A model generated the notes under the pieces. That model searched no databases. It saw only the letters and a program-made list of their open reading frames with translations, and was not told the origin of the DNA. A stretch of DNA of 64,000 nucleotides from Schizochytrium sp. TIO01. Lineage: Eukaryota > Protista > Bigyra: Labyrinthulomycetes. The position numbers were made by a program, and so were the translations under genes. The stretch is from positions 744,001 to 808,000 of the forward strand of contig SMSO01000005.1 of NCBI GenBank assembly GCA_004764695.1. The letters run 5' to 3'. Within the stretch, counting starts at the first letter, position 1; each line of letters begins with the position of its first letter. This document shows, piece after piece, positions 45,532-58,124 of the stretch.

Positions 45532-47365
45532 GGCATGAAAGGTCCTTCATAGGCTATAGGTTCAGCAAAACAATATAAATGTTGCAGCTTGATTGTAATT
45601 AAAAGCTGTAGGACAATTCTGCAAATAAAATATATCGCTCGAGGGAACAAGTTGGATCGTTTTCCTCATTGATGGTGACTAAGCACAAATAAGTAGGCTC
45701 GTGACCCTGTTAACTCCAGCAGTAATATCATTTCATTCCATTGTACTAATGCAAGAAGAAAACCTTCGGCGCTCTTGGCGAGGCTGAGGTAAGCAATGTT
45801 TGCCACCAAGCTCTTTGGTTCTCGTATGATGAAATACACTCATGATGAACAGTAGAGAGAGTGGTGTAGTTTTTGGAACTGAAGAGAGCTATCAATTAAC
45901 AACAAGTAGAAAATATGGAGAGAATTAACTCAACTAAGTTCAAAGCCTTGAAAAGTTTTGAACGCAAAAGTCTGATCAGTTCGTATTGTCTAGTAGAAGA
46001 CTGTATAAATTACAGCCCTCTTTAAAGATGATACATTTTCTCTTCATAAATCCCTACGATATTTGAACGAAGTGTAGACTTTGGTTGTGCAATTTGATTG
46101 ATTTTAATTATCAAAATACGACTGACTACCTTTATTCTGGTTGAAGCATCTTGGTCAGTCTTCGTGCAGTGGAGTGTAACGAACGAAAGTGTATAGTTTG
46201 ACGTAAGAGGTCTGATTGAGAATTTGATATAAAAATTAAGTTAAAGAGCCTCTATGCAGCTTATGTATGAACATGAAAAAGTTGAGTATCTTTCAGATAC
46301 TTCTTACAGATAATTTTGATTTGTCAATGTGAAAATGGCCGAGGAGAATCAATAAGAACACTATATTTGTTCTTTCAAGGGAAGTCTAGGAAGTCTATCA
46401 ACATGAGTAAAGGCTTAGGATGAACATTAGTAGAGTCTTTTATTTTCTATACTTATTATTGATAGAAGATGTTCTACTATTATATATTAAAAAAAATTGA
46501 AGCATGAATAGATCCAGAGCTTTGCTATTGTATCGTTGGAGAGAGAGCCTAGAAGTCAAATGTGTACTCTATGGACACAGCTTTACAAACGTGGCGAGCC
46601 CTGAGCTCTTTGAAAGGGTTTTCATCTCTGTGGTGAGCTACTGCGATGAAATAAGTTACCGACACGTCATGCAACTTGAAAGATTCTATACTAGAGTTTA
46701 GTTTCTGCTCGATGAGAGGAACATCTAAAGTGTCAACCTATCTTCTCTTTTTGATTTTTTGATTCCTTCAAGGTCTTCATGTTTGCTTTCTTTCCATTTC
46801 GACGCCAGTCTAGGGCTTGTGTCAAAACCCTGTAAACAAATGAAAATTCTGGGAGCGAGGGACTCTTCCCTTATGTCTCGCCGAAGATTGTTCAGGGCCA
46901 TTCAAGCTGTAAGCAACCAGTTTCCTCTAGAAGTCAAATGAGGAGGGAGAAAGATAGGGGACTGATTACCCAAGATGATTACTTTAGTTTATGTATACTC
47001 ATTTCATCTTGACTGGGTGAGAGGCTCGCTTTAACCAAGGACTAGTTTCCAATTATTGGTGTTAAGATAGATGTTTCGAGTGGCAGTCAATGCGGCGACT
47101 TCGCATAACATTTCTGGGACTTGCATTGCTGAAACTTTTCGGTGAAGCTTTAAGATCTATGCAAACCACAGAGAATGTAAATGAAAGTTTGTTTGCTGCT
47201 GAAGGAAAATAAAACGATGATGATGATAATAAATAATAATTCGGATGCTTAAAGTTTAAAAAAAGAAAAGAAAACGAAAACGAAAACGAAAAAAAGTCTT
47301 GAACACCGTCACTGTGGCATAGAGAACATCACCCTTCCTCCAAGTCAAAGCCGCCAACTTCAATT

Positions 47366-47366
<1 letters not shown>

Positions 47367-47414
<48 letters not shown>
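47367..47414. repeat. (AAT)n microsatellite
   Basis: Direct reading of the sequence. Confidence 0.9.
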
Positions 47415-47416
<2 letters not shown>

Positions 47417-50400
47417 CTGAAAAAAAGAAGAAGATTGGGTAAAACCTTAAGCCAAGACTACCCGGGATTTGGTAGCTAGAATATCCGTGCTGGATCAGAC
47501 ACCAGTAGGTACGATACATCAATACAGATAAATCATTATGATATTAGTTAACTAGCTTGCTCCATCAAGTAGGTGGGTAGGTACTTTGGTCTTGTTTATT
47601 TACATAAATTATTTTGAAAAAACAACTTGAATGGCAAGACATAGCGCTGACACTTGGCAATGGAAAATAAATATCGTTACTGTGATTGTTATTATAATAT
47701 AACAATTTCATACTTCTTTGATAATGATAAAATTATAGGCTTATATATCCACTTAAGTGGATATTTACTTTATATAATGTCTGAAGTTAAAAGTGGTTAA
47801 AACTTCCACATTCGATTTAAAAAAAAATGATTTTCCTCGGAGAATTGCAAAGCACTCCAAGTACTGGTACCAGACTGGCCAACACAAGAGATCATGCAAT
47901 ACTCCTCAGCAATGAATCAAACAGATTGAAGCATGACGAATGTAGTGAGACTGTATAGCGGAAACGTATTCGAGAATGTGGGTCCTTGAAAACGCCAGCT
48001 TTAAAAGACATATTCAACTATTCGCGTTTCCAGAGGCAGATCCGCGAGTTTTGAACAAGCACAGTTTCTAAGCTTTTTCAAGATCAAGATCAAGACAACT
48101 ACGAGGTTCCTAATTACGCTTGAAAGGCCGTTATCACATTTTCATTCAAAACAGTTACCTCGCTGCTTATTAATTCATCTTAGCATATTTGTAGTCTCCA
48201 GCAGCAATCTTCGCAAGGCCTCCGTTGAAAACGCAAATCTCTCAAGGGGAGAATAGGAGATAGACTACAATAAATTTACCAATGATGGGCGATCGTTGGG
48301 GAAACTTCGTGTGATCCTTTGAGTAACTCGTGACGTGCTCATTTCTTCTATTCAAAGCAGATCAGTACCTAACTATGACTGATTCAAAAATCGATCGACA
48401 AATGAAGTAGTGGCTTCGACCCTCAAACGAGGCTTCAAACGCTACAGCTCTGTACTCATTATTGCAGAGCTGATAAGTGCTTCTGTGGCTTTGTTGGAGA
48501 AATATTCCAATCGAGGCTTGGAAGCAGTAGGAAGCGGCACTAAATGATGGCGGGGGAGCGAGTCTCTTGGATCCACCGTTTGGAAAAAAAGGAAAATCTC
48601 CATGAAACCGCAAGCGCTGCGCACTTGCAGTTTTAGTGCAAAGAAGCACTAAAGAGACACTAAAGAGGCCCCTCGTGGGTGGAACGCTTATGTCAAATCG
48701 ATCAAGAAATCAGCGAAGAAAGGATTATAGCCAATCTTCGAAATGTAAACGATCAAAGTTATAATAAAGAAGTGGGTTTAAATGGATGGGATGCTGAAGT
48801 AAAGGCTGCCGTTTCAGATGCCTCAGAGGCCACTTAACACCGCCTGTCGCGTGGCGGCAGCCTAGCAATTTGAGGAAATCAAGGTTGCTTCCTTGGGCGT
48901 CGACGCTTTTAATTTTCTCGCGATCCCTGTTATTTTTAATGGATTGTACTGAGAGCGTTTGAAGCTGCCATCATTAGCACTCTTCTTACTTCCTCCTCCT
49001 CCTCGTAGTAGTACACCCATGCTTCCTCTGACAGTTTTTATTTCTTAATATATATACATATATATTTTTAATTAAAAAAAATCATGTTCTATTTTAAAAT
49101 TTTAAAATTAAAGAATAAGAAAAGACACTCTACTAGTAGCGAAGATGAATCGTAGGAAAGTGTCCCAGACATTCATTCAAATATAAAGCGTTCAAGAATG
49201 AATTTCACCACATGGTAAAGTATGGTTTTGAGATAAGCAGGGTATCTCTTCTACAGCTCATCGCTGATGCGTAATTGATTGATCAGAACCATCGATTCCT
49301 TGCCGATATTATATCATCCACCACCAGTGTCCGTCTGACCTTCTTCTTTTTCGTCTTCTTCTGTCTCCCTAGTGCTTCTGCTGAGTCCTGCTGGTTCCGG
49401 GACAGATGGAAGAGAGGCCTGCCTAGCTAGGACCTAACAGCCTACCTAGGGAGCCAATTAGTAGGTAGTAGCTAGTGGGTATCTTTATCTTGCTTGCACA
49501 AAAGTCGATTTCTCTCCTCCTCTTCCTCCTCCTCCTCCTCCTCCTCGTTTTGGCTCCCATTGAGAACATAGGCAGAGCGCTCCAGGATATCATGACTGGT
49601 CCTCTGACAGTCCCATCCTTCCCAAGAAGGGCTGACTCTGCACCGATCATCGATTCATGCGTCGTAAGTCTCCTCGCTGACCAGCTAGCTAGCAGTAAGC
49701 CAGCTATAGCTAAGCTGGCTACGCAGAGTTCAAGTTCGACTCAGAGTTCAAGTTCGTCCATAGTTTGGTTAGTGAATACGAAAGCGAAAGCGCAAATGAA
49801 GTGCCTGGAAAGAAAGAAAGAAAGAAACTTGAAAACAGGGTCCTACTGTATGAGGTATGGGGTCTTAGCGTAGCACCAGCTACCCAGAGCGGCCATGAGG
49901 GATTCGCGGAAAACCAAGAAAGGCCACGTTTTCAAGTTTTGGTTCTTTTACAGTTTGTTTGCAGGATGGATAAGCAGGATAGATACAGGATGCGAAGAAC
50001 TTGGGAGAGAGACACAGCAGCCACAGCCGCAGCAGAGTTGGGGCAGCAAGAAGACAGGAGGCAGAAGAAAGGAAAGAAAGAGCAGAAGCGGAAATGGAAT
50101 TGACATGTGCGGTATGGACTCTCCTCTCTCTCTCTCTCTCTCTCTCTGCGTTAGGCTGAGACAGGAGGAGAACGAGAGGAAAAGAAGGAAAAGGAAGGAA
50201 TGAGTCCCATTCCTGGGAAAGAAGAGGAGGCCGCCATTGAATCATGAAGGACGAATCTTGAAATATGAATTGCATGACATGACATGACATGAGTTTTCAA
50301 GGCGCCAATCCAATACTACGGCGACGCCAGAGCGAGATCGACAAAGGCGGGTTCGCTCTGCTGCCAATCGAAGGGGGGCGATCCCAGAAGGAGGCTTCGC

Positions 50401-51965
50401 GTTCAATTTCGCTTGGACGAGCCTCATCTGCAGGCAAAATAACCAGTCATCCATCAATCGTCAGTTTCCAAGGCGCCAGAACACACACTCTAACAGGCAG
50501 ACAGACAGACGGATAGATAGACAGACATGCGTACAGACAGAAGAACAAGCCAACAAATGATCGAATGATCAGGCGAGCAACTCGAATGCTGAAGCGAAAC
50601 CTGTTTACTCGTTCCGAGAGCACTCAGACTTCTGCGAACAAACAAACAAACTAACTAACCCCGGCAGTCCGTTCTAGCGCCATCTTGGCCACAACGTAGT
50701 AGGTAGGTCGTGCTTAGCTAGCTCGCTACAGATCTGCCGTTCTCTCTCTCACAGAGACCCACGGACCGTGAAGTCTGGTAGGTGGGCTTAAGCGATGCTA
50801 GGCAGAAGGTATCGCCAGCCTGTAGAACTTATTGCGTTACCACCTCGTGCGAGTAACAAAGCGAACGATCATGAACGATCATCGTTGACGACAGATTTAA
50901 AGTATTCATCATGTCTGTTTTGCTTTTGTTTTCTTGTAAGTAGAGCCTGATAAGAAAATAGTTATTTCAATAAAATTAGAGTAAAGTAAAAAAATGACGA
51001 GTTATCTTAGCAGAGGAGTTTGATTTACTATCTACAACTTGAAATTGTAAAAACGAGAAATTTAGTAAAAGTGTCAGTCCGTCGCCCAGTCCCATTTTGC
51101 CATTATCATTTTGTTTATTTTATTTTAAAGCTAAAAACAGATAATAATAAAAAGCTTGATTATTTTAAAAGACCTCTGTAAAATTAATTTACTTCATTGG
51201 TTCTGATTCAATTTACCAAGGTGCTCAACGAGTCCAGTCCCCTCAATCCTGAACGTTCACGGCGCCACGACATTGTGGCGGTCTGCCATGAGCGATTCGG
51301 ATTCCACGTGAGCGCTTTTCATGATTAGCGAAGAAGCAATCAATCTCAAGATCAGGCAGGGCCTCTGCTCTGCGCACATCCAAGGCCGTCGGGCTGGCGA
51401 AAACAATCCTCCGAGGATCTCTCTACTGGAGTGCCATCTTAGCTTTCTCCACAGAGACAGGGATTTCGCAGGTGTTTCGCACACGCAGTATCCAACAAGA
51501 TATCACTCACCCTCTTTGAGGTAGACGCGGCAGTGAGGATTCTGTGATTCGCGCTGATCACTCGTCCATTCATCCAACCACCAGCCCACCCAGCCATCCA
51601 CCCACCATCATTCGCCATTCACTCCTCTTTCATTCGGCCTCGAAGCTGGCAACTTGAAGCGACGGGTCCACCATCGGCATCGGAGAGCGCAGTGTCTGAT
51701 GGCGTCACACGAGCGTCATCGCTGTGGTCTTCCGAGCGCAGGGAGGAACTATGCACAGTACTCACTCAGGCGATCTTGCTTGCTTGCTTGCTTGCTAGCG
51801 AGGCGGTTAGTCGAATGGCTAACGTGCAGTTAGAAAGGGAGCGGACGAGGGAGCGAGCGAGCCGATCGTTTGACATGAACTATTATCTAAGCTTCTGTTG
51901 GTAGTGGTATTAGTGCGAGTAGAAGATGATTGTAATATCTCCGTTCTCAGAAATCCCTTTCATTC

Positions 51966-52176
51966 TTGTTTTGAATGTTTGTTTTGAATGTTTGTTTTGA
52001 ATGTTTGTTTTGAATATTTGTTTTGAATGTTTGTTTTGAATGTTTGTTTTGAATGTTTGTTTTGAATGTTTGTTTGAATGTTTGTTTGTTTGTTTGTTTG
52101 TTTGTTTGTTTGTTTGTTTGTTTGTTTGTTTGTTTGTTTGTTTGTTTGTTTGTTTGTTTGTTTGTTTGTTTGTTTG
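51966..52176. repeat. 13-bp minisatellite (TTGTTTTGAATGT)n merging into (GTTT)n
   Basis: About 8-9 copies of the 13/12-bp unit up to about 52080, then about 24 GTTT units. Confidence 0.92.
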
Positions 52177-55100
52177 TAAAGTTCGTCACACCGAGAAAGA
52201 AAGGCACTACTACAACTTCACATTCAAGGTCTCATCGCACTTGTACGAATAAGATTGCGCTGTTTGTCCTATTGATGTACCACATCTGTGTGTCAAACTA
52301 TCTATTATTTAGTTTTTCGTTGGTTTGTATTTCATTGCATTTTGTTGTTGCGTTTGAGAATTAAATCAAATCTCATCCTGGATGCCAGTTCTTCCTCTTT
52401 GTTTTCTCAGATTTAAAAAGAAAAGAAAAGAAAAGGAAAGGAAAGCTTTAAGCATAGTAGTTCTACATAGTAATAGTTTCCTCTCTTTTATATTTTTTAT
52501 TTTTTAAATGTACATGTTCAATTTTATTTCAGGTTGAATAAAAAGAGTTAACAACAGAGAAGATAATTATAATCATAATAAAGGTAGCAAGTCTGTCTCA
52601 GGACTCGTGAGTCCGTGTCCGGCTGTTCTCAACTGGAGCGGTCCTGACTTCAGAGCACGGCCGACGGGACTGCCGCCGCCGCTCGCCCCTAACTTTGGAT
52701 CCCTCCCCTCTAAGTCGCTCCAATGGTTGGGAGTCTGAGTCTCTCTCACCGCGAAGGTATTTTGCACGAGGAAGATTAGCAACTTCAGCAGTGAAACAAG
52801 TGGACAACCAAGAACTTGCGCATCCTTAGCGAACCTTTCCTCCTCCTCTTGCGCAGGACCGGCCCCTCCTTGACCCGCTAGCCGGCCCCGTGGCACCTGG
52901 TCCTTGCAGATCACACCGAGGTTTCTGATGCTGTGGCTGATGCTGGCTGGTGCTGCGGCTCGCGGTCGTCGTGCGCTAAGCTCGTCGCAGCGGAGGCCTT
53001 GAACCTGAACAAAGAAGAAACCCAATCGCTTTTCTTAAATAAAAATAGATAGTAATGCATGCCAACTTTTGAAGAGAGAAATCAAGAGAAAAAATGTGTG
53101 GAAATACGAAGAAGAGCAACTCCAGCGCCGTTCGGAGTGACGTGAACACACATACACAGATGCCACTCACATTGCACCTCGCAGATAGACAGACTGCCAG
53201 ACTGCGAGGACCAATGCAAGGGACTTGGGCACACGCATTCGTGAACTTATTTGTTCCAGCTGCATCCGAGTGTCCGTTCATCCATTCAACAAATGCTTCA
53301 CCATCGAATAGTAGAAATGAAATCAAGCACATGTATTCTAACTTTCAGGATTGTCTGCCTATCCTTATAAAATACTCAGAATGATATTATCCCTTTTGGG
53401 TTTTTGAATAAAGACATTAAGATTCAAAGTGCAAGCAGGTTTGTGTTTTGCCATGCTTGGAGAGAACTTAGAGCCGCATTGCCAAGTCCACATTGCGGTG
53501 AATACAAAAGGTGGCACCCAAACAGACAATTATACCACCTTTGGAAACACAAATGACTGTTGCAGTAGTGTGTCTCAAGGTCTCTTCTGCGCTCTCGACG
53601 ATATCCTTTCTAGCTGCACTGATAGTATAAATAAAATACATGATTATTCTCATCAGATCAGAAGTCAATGAAAGCAAATCAAAATTCTGCGGTGCCAATG
53701 TATCAAAGAAACGATAGATCTTGAGATGCATTGTTTTACATTCATTGACATCCAGTGCACTATTCTGTCACCTCAAGCTGTGTATCATTCGCAGGTCTCT
53801 GTCCAACCAATCATTTTCAAAAATATGCGGTCTCGCGAGCAGCTGAAGGTGATATAAACTTGAAGATTGAGCCTTCCAGCTATCTACGCAACTAGATCGA
53901 AATGACATATAGTGGACTGTCACAGATATTGCCTAATCTCGCGGTGGCCCAAAGAGTAGTTGAAAAGGTGTCGCAACAACGCAAACACACTTTTGATTAA
54001 CTTTCATAAGGTTGAGCAATCTACGAATGAAAATCCGGGAACACTGCCTCACAAATCGTCTTTTTGTAAAACTAGCCCAGTATTAAAATAAATCTGGATA
54101 CTTTGTAAGAGCATAACAACTGCAGACCCTGTGCAGGATGGTATTATGATTGAGCTTCTTGCAGTGGTAGATGGATGAATCGTTCAACGGCGCATGTTCG
54201 TTAGAGAAACAAGCAACAGAGTACTGACAGCACCAGTGGGGACACCACCTATGTGGCAGCTTATATTCCTACATAGGATTGTGGTGAATGCACGGCCGTC
54301 CCCCCTCCTAAATATACCTCTGTACACAACTATGGAGTCCCTACGGACTCAAGGGGGTCAGTCCCCCCGAGTAGAAAGGATCGGACGTCATGGTCCTAAG
54401 AATCATTATCTGGGTGCTGGGTGTAGTAAACAATAAAAAAATTCTCAATTGAAAATCTTAATAGGTTCTCTCAGAATCTTTTTTTTTTTTTTTTTAACTT
54501 TCAAAATATTTTTTTTTTTAACTTTAAATCTTATATACCTATAAATAATACCATTAGAAAGAACAGAAATAGCAGAAGAAACAAAAACTAGAAACTGGGA
54601 AAAAGTAGGTAATTGTAAAGGAATGCTATTTTTCATCGTAAAATGTAGGTGGTAGATGTTTGAAAGTACACATCATACGCATGGAAAGTGGAAGCCTGAG
54701 GGAAGAACAGCCTATTGACTAAAAGACTGAGGGTGGAAGGGTTTCTCGGTAGTCAAAACCTCCCTAGGTAGTAGCTACCTCCTAGCCTCGGAATTCTCAA
54801 GAGACATACCATCCATGTAAGGCACCTATCTACCTACCATGGTATGTATACCTACCCTACCATATCTCCTACTGCCACAGACAGACATGTATGTACAGTG
54901 ATTGTGAAGGAGCAAATAGACAGACATAGCATCGAAGTAAAGGTGGAGTGAAAGCAGCGCTCTGCTTGTCCCTAAGCAGGCACAGCCGAGCGCTGCGCTA
55001 GCTCTAGCTCTAGCTCTAGCTCTGCCGCGGCTTCTCGCTCCCTCAAAGTCTTGCCTGATCTCAATATATCAAACTCCTGTCGAGCAGGCTGCCACGGAAC

Positions 55101-55297
55101 TAACGAACTCGAGTAACGCCGCACGAAGCGAGGGCGCAGAAAGCACGCAGGAGAAAGCAGAAAGAAGCGGTGTGGAGGAAGGCGGCGGGACTGAACCTTC
55201 CTTTCCCTTCCCAAACTTCGTTCGTGGCAGCCATAGACTTCTTTCTCTCTTTCTTCTTTCCTTCTTCTCTGAGAACTCGCAAACTGGCGTCTCTTTT

Positions 55298-55300
<3 letters not shown>

Positions 55301-55350
<50 letters not shown>

Positions 55351-55360
55351 GAGAGAGAGA
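55301..55360. repeat. (GACA)n followed by (GA)n
   Basis: Direct reading. A (TCTG)n tract, the same repeat on the opposite strand, lies at about 55941-55980. Confidence 0.9.
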
Positions 55361-55940
55361 CCGCAGGGGACGCACGAGGCCGCATCCAAGCAAGAGCACG
55401 CAGCCTTCGTTCGATCCGCAACGCAGAGACCGCCGCTCACAGAGGAGCGCGTCGAGGTCCTCCCTCCTCCTTTCCATGTCAAACAGCTACGAAGGACAGA
55501 CAGTCGATCTCTCTCTAGCTCGAGAGGCACGCCGAGGTGCTCGCTAAAAGATTGTCACGATTAGCTCTGACTAGCTGACTGGTAGCAGGGATGGCGCTGC
55601 TGGGACGCTCTGGTAGTCGCAGTAGCAGTGGCGGTAGCAGTGCGCTTAGGATAGAGACACCTAGCTATACTAGCTAGCTACTACTGGTGCTGCCTTGAGA
55701 AGGGAGGGCAGAGCCAGGAAGCCAGGACCCTTCTTCATGGCCCATGACGAAGTTTGATGGTTGATTGATTCTGATTCTTCAGAGCAGGCAGAGTCGAGGA
55801 TAGACCATCGCGGATGATCGGCGACGATGTGGTGGGCCACGAGGGCTTGCTTTCCGCAGCTCGGCAGATCCTATGAGGCCAGGTCGGTTGAGATTCCTCC
55901 TCCTGATCCTCGTTGTTGTTGTTGTTCACGAGTCGAAGAG

Positions 55941-55980
<40 letters not shown>

Positions 55981-56281
55981 CACTGTAGCCCGCAGGCAAA
56001 GCAGACGATGACGTCGAGCAGTGAGTGCTCCTCCTCGCCCGCCCAGTGACACGGAGCTGACGTAGCTGACGTAGCTGACGTAGCTGGCGAGGAGTCGCTC
56101 GAAGCAAGCGGCATCAGAGAGTTCTCGAGCAGCCTGAGCTTGTCAAATCGAAGAGGCCTTCAATCGACTCAACTCAGCTCAGCACAGATTCACAATTGTC
56201 AACTCGAAACAATTCAAGTTTAGGTCAGCTAGCCGTTGGACCGCGGCGGTTCCTGCCTGCCTGAGCCCGACTCCCACGCGC

Positions 56282-56303
56282 TGCTTGCTTGCTTGCTTGC
56301 GTG

Positions 56304-56342
<39 letters not shown>

Positions 56343-56343
56343 A
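56282..56343. repeat. (TGCT)n-(TGCC)n compound microsatellite
   Basis: Direct reading of the sequence. Confidence 0.85.
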
Positions 56344-58070
56344 CTAGCTAGAGCAGCGGCGCAATAGGCGGCGACGAGCAACAAGCGGGCATATCTGTCC
56401 TGCCATGCATGCACGCCCGACGAACTTGGGTCAGTTTCATCGGCAGGATCGAGCTTCCAGCTGTCTAAATTCTTCCTTCCTTCCTTCCTTCCATTCATTC
56501 ATTCATTTATTCATTGATTCATTGATTGATTCATTGATTGATTCATTTATTCATTCATTTATTCCTGCATGCCTCCGTTTCTTTGAGTGGGTATCTAACT
56601 ATCTGTAGATATCTATTGATCGCAAGCCCTTTCTTCGTCCCTACGTCCTATGCATCTACTACGCAGTTACTTTGCTTTCTTTCTGCTTTTGGCGCCTCGT
56701 GGAGGAAGGAGTCCCAGAGTCCCAAAGCCCTCAGGTTTCTTCGGTGATTGAAAAGGGGACTGAAAAGCGGGGGAGAGCGAATCTAACTTGGGTGCCTACG
56801 CTCTCAAGGACTTCGACGAACACGAAGCCGAAGCGCGGCAGCGCCTCTTTCTCTGATGTTGTAGAGGTGAGTGAAGACTCTTCGCTTGGTGTTCAGGCAC
56901 TCCAGTACTTACAAGCACAAGTTGAGAAGAATTTCAAGACCCAAAGAACAAAACTACAACGAAGAAGAACACTTCTTTCTGCTTTTCCCTGCAGGAATGT
57001 GCAGGAATGAGATACATAGGTAGGTGCCTAGGCACTGCTATGCTCTACCTACCTAGGGTTCATTCGATCTTGATCTTCAAACTTCGCTTTACATTTAATT
57101 TTAAAATAGTAATAATAATTATTATTATGATGATAATTTTGATAATTAATTTAAAAACATTATAATGGTCTACAATTTGTATCATATGATATTTATTTTG
57201 AAAAGAATAAAAAAGAGAATATGATATATATGATGTCGAGCTATTATGGCAGAAACAAAGTCAAAATAAAAAGAGTTTCCTCAACTACCAAAAAAAAGTG
57301 GGACTCATCCGTTTCGTACCCTGTTGCTTTACTAACTTAAAAGAGGCTACTATTTCCAAGAAAGCCAACAGCGAGCACAATTAATGATTTTGGGTCACTT
57401 TTAAACGCAGCGATGAGCATGTTTTGGATCTCCACGAGTGTAAGAAAGCAGCTAAGAGACAAATAACTAAGGGGAAGAGAGACCAAAAGCTCTTAGTGGG
57501 ACGCACCAGGAGTATCCCTAAAATGCAATTATAGAAAATCATAGGAGTGGTGGAGATACAAAGAAAGATGCTTTCACAACTGACAAAAGAAAAGATAAAC
57601 AAATCCGGGTGGAGAAAATATCGATACAAAAATCAAGCATGGAGCGGATTTGCGGCATTGTGGACAACAGTAGCCAATGGGACAAGCGCTGCAGTAGGTA
57701 TATAGACGGCAATGCATGTCACCACGTCCTTTTGATGAGAAGCCTGTTTTTGACCGGTTGTCGATGCGGGCTAAAGAGCTAAAGCCCAGCGAGCAAATTC
57801 GTTTGGGGTCAAATTTTGTTCCTCATTATCTGTATTGCTGTTTTTTGTCGATGCTTTTTTGTTTTCTTTATTTATTTAATTTAAATACAAATGGCAAATT
57901 AAACTTTCTCTTCGCCTGGAAGTACCTAGCTAGGTAGTAGTAGTCTTTTCAGTAAGAAGAACACTGAGTATGAACAGGTCTTGTTATAAAATAAATCTTG
58001 CTTGCTACCCTGCCTGTTTCTTTACTATTATGATAAGGTTATCCTAAAAACACTTTGTGAATAGGAACAG

Positions 58071-58077
58071 CTATCTG

Positions 58078-58124
<47 letters not shown>
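58071..58124. repeat. (CTAT)n microsatellite
   Basis: Direct reading of the sequence. Confidence 0.9.

Noticed and set aside
45826-45882. Possible C/D-box snoRNA (ATGATGA...ATGATGA...CTGA)
   Set aside because: No terminal stem, and I could not match the pre-D-box sequence to an rRNA or snRNA target.
49664-49684. GTAAGT...CTGAC..CAG as a 21-nt mini-intron
   Set aside because: Too short for typical spliceosomal geometry, with no ORF context to test it.
51966-52080. 13-bp repeat as a CRISPR or telomeric array
   Set aside because: Head-to-tail with no spacers, no G-runs typical of telomeres, and no cas genes; it is derived from the adjacent GTTT microsatellite.
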